A DNA stretch of 63,770 nt, counting the filler, from Hyphochytrium catenoides (Eukaryota > Protista > Hyphochytriomycota), in the NCBI GenBank assembly GCA_900088475.1. It is 15 parts of 15 records of this genome, joined end to end, with 100 filler letters (N's around TTAATTAATTAA, not from the genome) between each part and the next. Parts side by side here need not be neighbours in the genome. Positions count along the whole stretch, not along the records: positions 23,597 to 40,075 come from FLMG01003238.1; positions 40,176 to 45,230 come from FLMG01002475.1; positions 45,331 to 47,657 come from FLMG01002650.1; positions 47,758 to 51,375 come from FLMG01003658.1; 11 more parts are not named here. One strand, given 5' to 3'. Position 1 is the first letter of the stretch. Each line of letters starts with the position of its first letter. The position numbers and the translations under genes were made by a program. Shown piece by piece: positions 36,157 through 48,597 of this stretch. The notes beneath the pieces were generated by a model. It was not told the DNA's origin, searched no databases, and saw only the letters and a list, made by a program, of their open reading frames with translations.

Positions 36157-36280
36157 TCATACCTTCCCCCTCTTTGTTCACCGAGGGACTCTCTCACTCT
36201 CTCTCCTCTTCCCTCGCTCCTTCACTTCTTCCTACCCAGTCCCATGTTCCACCTAGCTTGCCCAGTTCCCGGTCATTGGT

Positions 36281-39200
36281 CTATTCATCGTCACCTATTC
36301 GCACGATATTTTCCGTGGATTTCTTGAGCAGGTACAGCTCTTCTTCCTCCAGCGCGTCCGCGACGCCGAGGTGCAGATAGTGGGTCACACAGGACTCGAA
36401 GAGAATGTAAACGAAAAGAAGAGAGAGAATGAAGAGAATTGTCTCCCAGTTATTCATCGGGAGAAGAAGGCCCAGGAGAAGAGAGAGAGAAGAGAGACCA
36501 TCCAAGACCCACCAGGCCATCTTCAGCCAATAATGCGGATCCTCTCTCGAGGCAGGTTCGTAGCCCCAGTAATGCGTCCCACGGATGAGACAGATGATCA
36601 TCTTCGCGAGAGAGACGCTGCAACAGAGCAGCGCCTTCTCCACTGGATCATACTGGCCGTCCGCAGCCGGGTCAGGATGGACCGGGATGGAGTCGAGGCT
36701 GCGCTTGACTCCCACGCTGATGAGGAGGATGGAGGCGGCCAGGATCCAGTGGAGATAGAGATAGGAGACGCCTCGGAAGGAGCTGCGTCGGAGGGCGTGC
36801 CTGAGAGAGAGAGAGACAGAGAGAGGGAGAGAGAGAATGGGGGAGAGAGAGAAGGAGGACGAGAGAGGGACAATTCGGGGAAGGGAAAGATGATGGAGAG
36901 GGAGAGAAAGAGAGAGACAAAAAAAAAGAGAGAGAAGAGAGATCAGAGAAACAGAAGGGGTTAGGAAAGAGGCAGACAGACAGACAGAAACTAGAGAGAA
37001 AAGCGTGAGAGAGAGGGTGGGAGAGGGAAAGAAGGGAAGAAGGAAAGGTAGAGATAGGAAGCGAATGGTGGGTCCGTGGTCTAAGTCAATGTGTGACGAG
37101 AAGAAGAGAGAAAGACTTTAATATGATTAACGCAGAGAGGGAGCATGGAGAAGAAATGGAGAGAGAGAGAGGAGGGGGGAAGAGAGAGAGAGAGCAGTCT
37201 GAGTGCTCAGCGGGCTCAGAGGTGGGGAGCACGTACTGGTCTTTTGGCGGGGAGCCGAGATAGTACTGGAGACAGATCAGGTAAAGGATGGCGCTGGTCG
37301 GGGAGAGAACGTTCACGAGCAGAAGATAGAAGTGTAAGGGAGAGAGAATAATTAGCTGTCTTTCCTTGGTCAGAAAGAGCATCAAAGGTGAGGAGTGACG
37401 TACACCAGAGAAGCAAGAAGAGAGAGAAGAGAAGAGAGAGAGAAGCTAAAAGGGAGAAAAATGCAACTCTACTACTAAAAAGAGAGAGAGAGACAAAGAG
37501 ACTGGGACAGGGAGAACGAGAGGCAGAGACAGATGAAGAGAGGACGGAGAGCCAGGAAAAAGGAAGAGGAGAAGAGGTAGAAATAGAGATCGAGGAAGAG
37601 AAAAGTGACCTTGTTCTCCTTTCGACGATACAATCAGACCAAAAAGAGAGAGAAACATAAGAGCGGGAAAGAGAGAAAGGAGAAATAGAGAGAGAAACAG
37701 ACAGAGAGAGGAACAGATAAAAGAAAGACAGAAAGAGAAAAAGACAAAGAGAGGGAGAAAAAAACAAAGAGAGAGAGAGAGAGAGGGAGAGAAAGAGCTC
37801 CTCCGTCCGACGACTTACAAGCTTCCAAACAAGACTTTGGGATAGTTCCGCTGAAAGTGAAACTTCCTGGTAGTGAGGGCGACGAAGCTCTCTCCTAGCG
37901 TTAACATGATAAAGCAGCCGTGTCTCTCTTCCGTGTGATCGATGTGAACAGGGATACGAGCCGCTTTCTCCGCGCAGAGAGCAAAGAGAGGAATCACCAG
38001 CGCGTCTACCACAGTCACGGCGATGAGAAGAGAAAGTTGAGAGAAAGGAGAGAGAGAGAAATACGCGCAGAGAGAGAGAAGAGAGACAATGGCTGCATGC
38101 AGAGCCATGAGAGAGGATTGGAATCGAGCGCGCTGGACGTAGAAAGAGACGATGAGATACTTGGTGAGCAGTCCCAGGCGGGCGACGAAGAGAGAGAGAG
38201 AGAAATACTGCAGCATGTCGAGACCGTCTTTCGTGAAAAGAACCATGCCTAACACGCCTATCGGTGATGGAGAGAGAGTGTGAGAGAAAGGGAAAGCAGA
38301 GTGAGAGACCGAGAGAGAAACAGAGACCGAAGGAGCCAAACAGAGAGAGGGGGAGGTAGAAAGAGAGGAGCGCGAGAGAACGACTTTAACAAATGAGCTG
38401 AGAAAGAGAACGGGTGGGCTGGAGAGAGAGAGAGAGAGAGAAGGGAAAGAAAGACTGGATTTTGAAGAGAGCGAAGGGAGAGGGAGAGAGGAGAGAGAAT
38501 AGGCCATCATCCGGGACTTCCAGCCCAGAAACATGATCGGGGGAGAAGAAAAACGAAAGAAGAGAGCGAGGAGGAGATACGAGAGAGCGGCACATAGCGA
38601 CATCACAAGTGTGGAACAGAAAGTTGGTTGCAAAGAGAGAGAGAGGGATAAGAGGAAAGAGAGAAAAAGATGGCCTAATTGCGGGAGAGAGAAGACAGAG
38701 AGCAAAGTGAGAGAGGAAAGAGAAAAGAGAGCCTGACCTGCCATGTGAAGGAAGAGAAGTGCTTGGAACTGCAGCGTGTCATCAACGCCAAAGCGTGTTC
38801 CATAGTCGAGGACCCTCATCCACATCCACCAGAAGAGAGAGAAGAGAAGAAAGAAGACGCCGAGCCCCTCCCAGCAGAGATGTTTCGAGAAGAGATCCGT
38901 CAGCTGCGAGGCACCCGCGACATAGAGAAGATCATAGTAGAGCTCGATCCAAGACGCCTAGTAGAAGAGAGAGAAGAGACAAGAAGAGAGAGAACAGACA
39001 AGAAGAGAGAGAAGAGAAAAGAAGAGAGAGAGATTGGCACAGAGAGAGAGACAGAGAGAGAAGAATGAGAAAGAGAAAGAGAGCGACAGAGAGACAGAGA
39101 GACATTTCATAAAGATGCAATCAGCTCCCACGCCGACTTGGTGTCTCCTCTCTCTCTCTTGATTTCAAGCTCCTTCTTTTCTCTCTTTCTCGTTACATTT

Positions 39201-39450
39201 CTCCATTGTTGTTCCCAACTGTTCTTTCCCCTGGTCTGAAACCTATCTCTTACTGTCAATACCCCCAGTTCCTTCTCTGACTAGCCAGATGCAAGACTCT
39301 CTCTCTCTCTCTCTCTCTCTCTCTNNNNNNNNNNNNNNNNNNNNNNNNNNNNNNNTCTCTTTCCTCTCTTACCCCGTGCTCGGAGTCCACGTCCCAGTCC
39401 ACCTTCAGCCGAGGTGGTCCCCAGATCCTTCGCCAACTCAGCTTCGGCAT
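36281..39450 (-). CDS. LtrA (low temperature requirement A) family membrane protein, multi-exon
   Basis: The spliced product gives HG-ASWIELYYDLLYVAG, YGTRFGVDD, HTEERHGCFIMLTLGESF and QHALRRSSFRGVSYLYLHW, all LtrA-type motifs. Confidence 0.85.
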
Positions 39451-42400
39451 GTCTCTTTCTTCTGAGAAAGAGAGATTTCCTTCTTCCTTTCTCCGTTTTA
39501 CAAATCTCTGTCTGGAGGAGGAAGAGGTAATGATGATCGGAAGCTGCAGGAGAGAAGAGAAAGCAGGAAATGAACATAGAGAGAGAGAGAGAGGAACAGT
39601 GGAGGTGAACGGAAGGGGATGGCAAGACGATATTGGAGAAGAAGAGAAAGAGAGAGAAAGAGCACCCTCCTGCTGAAACAAAGAGAAGAGAGAGAGAGGG
39701 GGCAAGAGAGAAAGAGAGGGGGGGCGACGAGAGACAAAGCTCGAAGTTGCCTCTCTTTTTTCCTCTCTTTTCTCCCCGATACAGACGCAGCTGTCTCTCT
39801 GAACACGAGATAGAACAAGCGTTATGCAAGTCCTTAGAAGACAGGAAATGACAGCGAAGGGATGGACAGTGGAGAGAAAGAAGCAAGGAAGAGGAGAGAG
39901 AGGAGAGAAAACGAGAGAGAGAGAGGAAGGGGGAGGAAAGAGAGAGAAAGGGGGAGAAAAGAGAGAGAAAAGGACAATAAGAGTTGAAAGAACAGCTCTT
40001 GAAATGGTGTCAGAGAGGGACGAAAGAACAGAGAGAGGAAGAAGAGCAGGAGAGGAAAAAAGAGAGAATGAGAGANNNNNNNNNNNNNNNNNNNNNNNNN
40101 NNNNNNNNNNNNNNNNNNNTTAATTAATTAANNNNNNNNNNNNNNNNNNNNNNNNNNNNNNNNNNNNNNNNNNNNCGAGGACCGACCGTCAACACGACTG
40201 AGGTAAATGTTTTCCATGTTGCAATCGAGGAGGAGGCTCGAACAAGCCCTGAACTGGTTTTAATAAGTAGCTAGTTATGGCACATACAGACGACAGCGAC
40301 GGAAGGGGTGCGGGGCATGCATGCAAGCCCAATGCTTATACTTACTTGTGGAATGATTAGCTTACCATCAACAAGTAACCTTGCGCGTTTGGTTCATGCG
40401 GGCAACAAGCTTTGAACTTTGTGCACTTGGTTGTGACGGCAGCGTTGATATATCCTATTGGTTATAACTATTATGCCAGACGGGTATATATAGTGGGATG
40501 ATTCCTGATCAAGTCCATCACCACACCTTGTTGTCGGGCACTGTCCCTGCTGCTGCTGGACTGAGAGCAATATACAATACAAAGGAAGACGCTGCAGAAG
40601 TAAAAAGAAGAGATCATCAGAGCGACGAGGAGTAGTAACGTCTCTTTCTTCTTCCATCTTCAACTCTTCTGCTGTCTAGGGACAGCAGACTTCATCAATT
40701 GAACATTCAGCGTTGTAGTAGTGCCCAGGAGGAGTGTTCGAGGAGATGGTCGTCGCCGCGCCATGCCTATCTATTCCCATCGCTCGCTCCAGCTCTCAAG
40801 ACAGAGAAGAAGAAGAGCTCGGGCAGCAGCAGACGCCAGCTTGTTGCAGGTGCTTGCTGCTGGTGTTGGAGAAGGAGGAGGGCTCCTCCTGCAGAATAAA
40901 AAACATGCAAAGAAGAAAGAAACGCTCCATCAAGCTGGGGGGGCAGCTTCAGTGTTGCTTTGTTTATTTATGAGTTTGTACAGTTTTTTGATGTATACTC
41001 TCTTCTCTCTCTCATAGGCTCATAGGCCCCAGAGCAAACCACCACAAGTTAATAAACGCCGAATTTCTTTTTATTTTTTAAAAACAAGATAAAACGACTC
41101 TCTCTCTACTACTGAAACAAAGGCTCCCAATTTATAATCGCCAAATTAGCGTGTCTAATAAAGCTCTAATAAAAGCCCAACTTAACACACTAAAAAATTG
41201 ACACTGTAACGGACATCTGTAGCGTTACCGGCTCTCTGTTGCGCCTTGATAACAGGTGGACCAGCCAAGACAGCTCGAGAGAATAAAAAGTTACAGCGAT
41301 CTTCTAGGAATCTCTGCTGCTCGCTCCCTCATCAGCGAGGAGGAGGGGACGATGATGTGTCGTCTCCACCACCTGCTGCAGTAGGAACTAGCAGCTTTCT
41401 ACCGACAGTCTTCAGGATAGAGCAGAGCAGCTCCTTCTCCTCCTCCGGAGATGACATCAGGCAGTTCATTCGACCAAGGAGGAGGGGGAGGAGAGGGGAG
41501 GGAACAAAGAGGGAGCAACTGGGACAGAAAGAACGAAGAAGCAAGAAGAAGGCCCACCGCCACCCTTCTCCTTCTACCTTCAGACAAAAGCAACAAACAA
41601 ACAGCAGCCTGCAGAGTGGACAGTGAGCGAAGCTTTCTTCTCCTTCACCCTTATCCTCCTTCCTTCCCGCCTCACTTTGATTTGCAGTATCCAATAACCT
41701 GTTTGTTGTTGGGCTGCACAGACCATACAACAGCAATTGATGTGTCTTGATAGCGTAAACATCAGAGAATCAAGGCACGGCAATAAGCAGGGCAAAGCAA
41801 CATCATCAAACCCTTCACTATGTTAACTTGGTCATACTTAGTAATAACTGACGCAACTTATCTTCATGGCAAACTACGTTGCTTTCTTCCCTCTGTCATA
41901 AGCATCACCCACCAGCTATTACTTCTTGACAACAGAACCCCTATTCTTCTACAATCTCTTCAATCATGATGGGGAAGACGATGAGTATGTTTGCACCATC
42001 ATCATACCAATGGAACAACACTGATCATCTAATGTTAACAACAGTCCTGCCACCAAAGGCTAGCATGTCTTCTTCTGCTTGTATTACTACGTTTCTGGCT
42101 GAATGAAGAAGGCTGTAAGTCTTAGGGAGCAGTAGCAAGGTCTGCCTCAGCTGCCTGTGACGCAAAGCCATCGCTAGTCTATCCTTTTTACCTCCAACAA
42201 GCATTGGCCAGTTTTCTACCTCCTTGCGTTTCCATTGTCGTGGGTGGTGGAGGGTGGGCGGCTACGTCAGGTGCTACCTCCAAGAACAGAAATTTGAACT
42301 CTTTCAATTACCAGTGACGTCCTACCGCCACGAGGAACGACTTTGCAGGGTACTCGATTAACTCCTAACGCGGTTCAAGAGGCGCAGAATAAGTTAACAG

Positions 42401-42604
42401 GAGTTGGTGCCGATATGCTGTTATCTTGGGAATGTCTTCCTCCAGCTTTTGATCGATGACCTTCAAAGGTTCTGTGCGGAGACTTGATCTCTAATAGACA
42501 GCTTCTTGCCCCCTGTGTGGCGTTGTCGATGACATAATAAGAAATTGGAAGGATGATGCGCTACCTTCTTTAGGAGTGTTAGTCCCTCGACAATTCTTGA
42601 CAGC

Positions 42605-44980
42605 ATGGCGGCTTTAGGTGAAGCTCTGCCATCAGGTCCTGGTCACATCCGCCGCGCCTGCTCTTCATATCATGGATCGTCAGACCTCTGCCCGAGTACC
42701 TCCCTGCGCGGCTTGCATGCGACGGCATTGCCGCTACAACGCTCTTGCCTTCTCAGGCTTCAGGGGTCTACAAGAGTAAGCTGCGCAGATCAAGACCATA
42801 CATAGGTACCGTTATGCGGCAATCACAATCTTCATCATTCTGCTGGATAAAGATGAGGTTGCTGATGCAAAATCTACCGTGCTGGGTAAAGTATCAGCTT
42901 TATGCTTTGCTGTATACATTCCTGCAATATCCTTGGTGGAGTTCCACTTGGTGCTACTGCTGAGATTGCTGAGCCAGTTTGAGGGCTGGTTCTTTCTTCT
43001 TCAGTGTCTGCCCGCTACTGCATTCGATTACTGGCATACTCGAACGTGCGCAGTGGATCTTACGAACGCGGAACTGGGATTGCAGAGGGCCTAGCTGTCA
43101 TGTCCTGCGTTCCACTAATCTGCGACTCCATTCCACAGCTGGGGACCGCAAAGTTTGCGACTGCATCTGGCATCGTGGTGCTGATGCTGACATCATTCTC
43201 TATGATCTGGTAAGCAATCAATTTGCTGAGGGCTGGTAATAGCCATCTTTTGAGTGCTGAGAAATTTATCTCTTTGAAGTTGTTCTGCCATCTGATCCTG
43301 CTGCACTCGCCATTTCTCTTTGATGACCTACCCAATACCGATGAGTAGTGATTAGGGCACACCAAACCGTGTCAGTAGCTCCAGCCTCGCTTTGGGTTGC
43401 AAACGATCTACTGCTGATTTCCTGCTCTATGATAGGAAAGCAAGGCAGCTGTATTTTGAGGATGGCTATTACCAAGGCATGCATCAGACCCATTTCACCA
43501 TCATCAAGGTACCAGTCCGTCCTTGGCTCATCGTGGCGGACTGTTTGGTCGTTATCTCTGCACTTCATCTTGTACCAATGTGGAGGAACTATTGTGAGGC
43601 GTCTTCGTAGGGGTAGGGAGGTTCTCCGTTTCATGAGGATTAAATGGCCTCTGGAGATAATAGATGCGACTGGTCAACCTACTGCGGCACCAGATCTTTC
43701 ATCATGTCCTCACAGTGCAGCTGAGAAACCATGCCAACCAAGTCAAGGAAAGGACAAGCACAGCTCAGCTATCCCTCCATCTGGAAATCGCATAGCTAGT
43801 ATTTCTTCTTCCAGCGATACAATCTGTCAAAGGCCTGAGGAGGAAGCACCAGCAACAGGGTAAAGTACATCAAAGATAGCATGAGCGAAGTACTTTGAAC
43901 AAGCTGACCCCTCCTATTGCATGATAGACGTAAAGGCATGAAGAAGAGCTACAAGATTTCGGCAGTGCAGACTGCTTGCCACTTGCATGCAAGTGACCAT
44001 CTTTGGGGTTAACTGATGAAGAGCTGTACGCTATCCAAAGCCCACAAGAAGACTCATCCACAGCCCTCATCTGCAGGGCCGGCTTCCCCAAAGCATCCAG
44101 CGACAAAGGGTATGGACAAAGAGACGACAAGTTGCGTTTTCAGCCTATATGAGCGGGAGCACTGGCTGTCGGGAGCTGCCGTTCTCGGCCTCGCGATTCA
44201 AACCGCTGCTGCCGTAGCCACCAGCGGCCCACAATCGGGGCTAATCGGGTTATGCTTTTTCGTGTCCTGCTGCCTCAACGTTGTCCTTCTCTCGCGCGCG
44301 CATCCCCAGTTTCTCATACACCTCGTGAAATCCTTTGATTTCATCGTCATGATTCCCTCCAACCTTGAGTTCTTATTCTGCGCTAGCGCCCTGCTACGCT
44401 GGGATAGTAGGTATGTAAAGCCTGCAGTAGCCTGAAGTTGACTTCCTCCTGGCTCGATCAGCTAAGTGTTTCATCATTTTTTCTCATTCTCTATCGTACG
44501 TCTTGACTCTGGAAGAACCGATCTCTGTGACATGAGGGATAACCATATGCTACTAGGTGCTGGGTGCTAGGTTCCATCGCCATGACTGTAATATCGTTCA
44601 TGGTCGTGCAGGATACCGTCATCATACCCGTAAGACGAAGGAAGCGGTACATATCAGCTCGCATTGCTTCTTGTCTTGGAGGCCTGTCGCGGGTCTACGT
44701 ACTTTTAGAGGCAGGCGAAGCTGATGATGGGATAAAAAAGCCATGGGTCCCCAGTCTGGTACTACCAGCGCTCAGGTCTCCTTTAGGCCTGGCTCTGGAT
44801 GCTTTAAGCGCAGTCGCTATGTACACTATCAGAAGCTTATTGAGCATAGCAAGAAACCCTAGCCAACTAGTATCAGTAGTCTCGCAGGTGGAGTTCCGCA
44901 TTGAGCGTGAAACCATTAAGGCACCGTCTACAGACGAGGGAGTAGTAGAAGATGGGGCCCGAGCCTCCATTTGCTCTTAG
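42605..44980 (+). CDS. Uncharacterised multi-pass membrane protein with two related halves, possibly degraded; boundaries approximate
   Basis: Repeated motif LLLRLLSQFEGWFF and FLIHLVKSFDFIVM...LLRWDSR, C-terminal RNPSQLVSVVSQVEF, hydrophobic segments. The first half has stops or frameshifts I could not fully resolve by splicing. Confidence 0.4.
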
Positions 44981-45400
44981 AACCAACGATGCTTACCCAG
45001 CCAGAGGCGGAGGCTCTCCGCTATCGCAGCTTCTCAATCATGACAGGCTCCACACAATTCTTCTCTGGCGTCCATCTGAAAGCGTGACAATCCAACTAGT
45101 AGTTCCTAGCTGCTTCTTGCTTTTCTTCTCCTCCGATGGATGACGCCATGGGAGGGTAATGGTAAGCAATTGACACCCGTTAATGTTGACTATGGCTTCT
45201 GTAAGCGTGAGCGCACAAACTGAACTCTGTNNNNNNNNNNNNNNNNNNNNNNNNNNNNNNNNNNNNNNNNNNNNTTAATTAATTAANNNNNNNNNNNNNN
45301 NNNNNNNNNNNNNNNNNNNNNNNNNNNNNNTGCTATGATGGAATAGCAGAACTGATCGAAGAGCATTAAGAGAGACTAGGTAGAAGAAGAAGAGTCATTG

Positions 45401-47657
45401 CTATTGTCTCACCTGCTCACAAACGTGGACCAGACGATGTAGCAGGATATCTAGTATAGAAGATGGAAAGGCTTCTTCGAGAGCCACCATTGCCATGATC
45501 ATCTCGTCTACAAGCTTATTGGCCGTGGCCACAGTGATCGTCCTTGAAAGCATCAGCTTATAGGCGTCAACGAACTTAAACCACGCCATTCTTTGCTTCT
45601 CCCCAAGCCACCCTGCGACTCCGGAAGCCTGAAGCAGATTTTACCGAATGCCTGTCAGGAGGAAGAGAGGCAAAAGGCCGAAGAACATACTGCGTCAGAA
45701 TTGGTGCTACTTCCTACTACTATACATGTTAGATCGTGCTAAATTCACCAAACAATAGTCATCAGAGGTGTCCATCTGAACAATGCGCTTCTTCCTTACC
45801 TCTATAAAACCCATATAACCGGCAGTCCTCAGACCTACCGGCTCGTCATCAAATATCATTCGCATCCTGGAGGACTGGATATCTGGATTCAGTTTCCAAG
45901 AGCGAAGTTCCTTCGCAATTTGCTTGACGGCAACTCTAGATAGAACTGACTCATGTTTATCTTCTCCTTCCTCTGCCTCAATCGCGTTCTTCCCATCAAG
46001 CATTCGATTCACCATACTTCGGCCGACATTGAGCTTATGCATCGGATCTGCACCTGTTAGAAGGAAGAAGAAGAATAGAGAGAAGAGGTCAGAAAAGAAG
46101 ATGAGCTCCATTAGAGGAGGGTTGTGAACAGTGCTGCAAGCTATTTTTGTCCTAGTGTTCTAGTAGCACCTAATGTAACCAAGCCCTGCACAGAAAATAG
46201 AAGAAGTCGTGATACTACTAACCACCTAGAAGNNNNNNNNNNNNNNNNNNNNNNNNNNNNNNNNNNNNNNNNNNNNNNNNNNTATCGTCACGGATTAAAT
46301 AGCATATAAGAAAGAGATAGAGCTCCGTCCCTCTTTCACACTTCTTTCTTGAGCCCGAGTTCTTTTGTTGTGGGTGGTCCTTACTATATAGAGCTATTTT
46401 ATGTGCCTCTGCCGCCATCTTGCCTTCTTTCCTATCCCGTTTCTTTCGAGCAAACCAATATTGACAGTAAAATATAGCACTGACGTTGCATCTCCTTATG
46501 GGCTGCAGAAGAGCTTTACCTACCTACCTTTACTTCGTGTAGACTGTAATGTTCATGAGAGACTCGCNNNNNNNNNNNNNNNNNNNNNNNNNNNNNNNNN
46601 NNNNNNNNNNNNNNNNNNNNNNNNNNNNNNNNNNNNNNNNNNNNNNNNNNNNNNNNNNNNNNNNNNNNNNNNNNNNNNNNNNNNNNNNNNNNNNNNNNNN
46701 NNNNNNNNNNNNNNNNNNNNNNNNNNNNNNNNNNNNNNNNNNNNNNNNNNNNNNNNNNNNNNNNNNNNNNNNNNNNNNNNNNNNNNNNNNTACCTACCTT
46801 TACTTTGTGTAGACTTGTAATGCTCATGAGAGACTCGCCGATATTCAGGCAACTTAAAGATGTGGAGGTCAGGGTATATCGTCTTATTGAATTGACGATC
46901 ACGGACGCCGATAGCAAACTCGCAATCTCCACAAGCACTCCCCAAAGAACCCTGGCCAGTAAAGCCATGAATCTGGCAGAAAGAAGAGGGGTGCGAAGGC
47001 AAAAGACCAAAAGGGGGAATAGTTTACGGCATGGAGGAAAAGAGCCAACGACGGTAAAAAGAAGGGAGGGGTTAGTAAATATGAAGGTAAAGCAATCAAG
47101 GTAATCCCCATGCTTTTTGACGACGTTGCTCGTTGGGCAGCATGATGGCTGATAGTGAGAGAAAGAGAGCTCCAGAAGAGAAGAGAAGAGTAATGATAAG
47201 AAGAAGAGGAACATAGAAGAGGCCTCAGGCGCCGCGGAAGATGAGCGAGTAGCAGTAAGCAAGGAGATTCCACACCAGTCTGTGAAACAATTCAAAGAGT
47301 AGCAGCAGAGACTGTTCGAGCACTCGTCGTGGGGATTGTCTACATGTCAAGCTCTCACTACGCCAGAGAATAATAGCAGCAAGCAGGTCTAGAGTGGCGA
47401 GCACCGTATAAGTACCTTAGCATTCGCCGGGTGATCCAAGGACTGGAAGATTGGATAGACCTTGCAAGTTCTCAGAATAGGCTGGATCTCTTCCTCGCGC
47501 AAAAAATAGCTTTCGTACTGAAAGCCATGCGTTTGTAGGTAGAGCAGCTCGTCCACAATTGGTTCAAAGTAGGAATTCAGGTCCATCTTTTTTGTTGCCC
47601 TTGGAATCACTGTCAGCAAAGGCATCCACTCGGCCTTTATGCGTTCCGAATGAGGAA
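45401..47657 (-). mobile_element. CACTA/EnSpm-type transposase fragments
   Basis: LLTVIPRATKKMDLNSYFEPIVDELLYL..G...DHPA (Transposase_21-like), ADPMH, and LEEAFPSSILDILLHRLVH (DUF4218-like), in the expected order on the minus strand. Confidence 0.8.
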
Positions 47658-48398
47658 NNNNNNNNNNNNNNNNNNNNNNNNNNNNNNNNNNNNNNNNNNN
47701 NTTAATTAATTAANNNNNNNNNNNNNNNNNNNNNNNNNNNNNNNNNNNNNNNNNNNNAGAGAGAGGAGAGAGAGAGAGAGGGCGGGATGAAGCCCAAACA
47801 TCTGACACAGCAAGAAGGTAGCCGCTAACGGTCTCTTTCAACAGTAGTTCAGGCTTCGGTTCTGATTGAAAGGAAGCAACTTTCTCTCTCTCTTTCTTTC
47901 CCATGTCCTCTCTCTCTCTCCTTGTCTTTCTTTCTCCTCTCTCTTGGAAGCAGGACGGTTAAAGATCCTGACTCCATAAGGGAAGAGACGATAGGGAGAA
48001 AAGAGAGAGAAAGAGAGAGAGAGAGTAGGAGGAAGATGTGGAACTCAACAAGATAGAGACTGTCAAGAACAGAGAGAGAGAGAAAAGGACCCTTTTTATT
48101 CTAGAATATATTACAACGGTAGTACAATGACAGTGACACTTAGAGAGTCTCTCTTCCTTTCTTTCTATTGACAGGAAACTAAAGAGAAGATGGTCGTTGA
48201 GAACAAAGATATAACGCTTGGTTAGAGAATCATAAAAGAGAGAAAAGAAGAAAAGAGAGAAAGGAAAGTGAGAGAAAAAGAGAGAGAGAGATGGGAGGAA
48301 GAAGAAGTGTCCCACCGTCAGGATTCTGACGGAATCAATGCCTGCTCCCTTTACCGCTCCGTCTAGCGATGGAAACCCATAGCACTTACTGCCTCACG

Positions 48399-48440
<42 letters not shown>

Positions 48441-48597
48441 AAGAGAGGGGAGAAGAGAGAGAGAGAGACCGGTGGGACTTGCTGGATTCGATATGCATAG
48501 GGGAAAACGAAATGAAGACAAGGTGGACGCAAAGAGAGACATTCCTTTGGCCCCTCATCTCTCTCTCTCTCTCTCTCTCTCCTGCTCTCTTCCTCTT

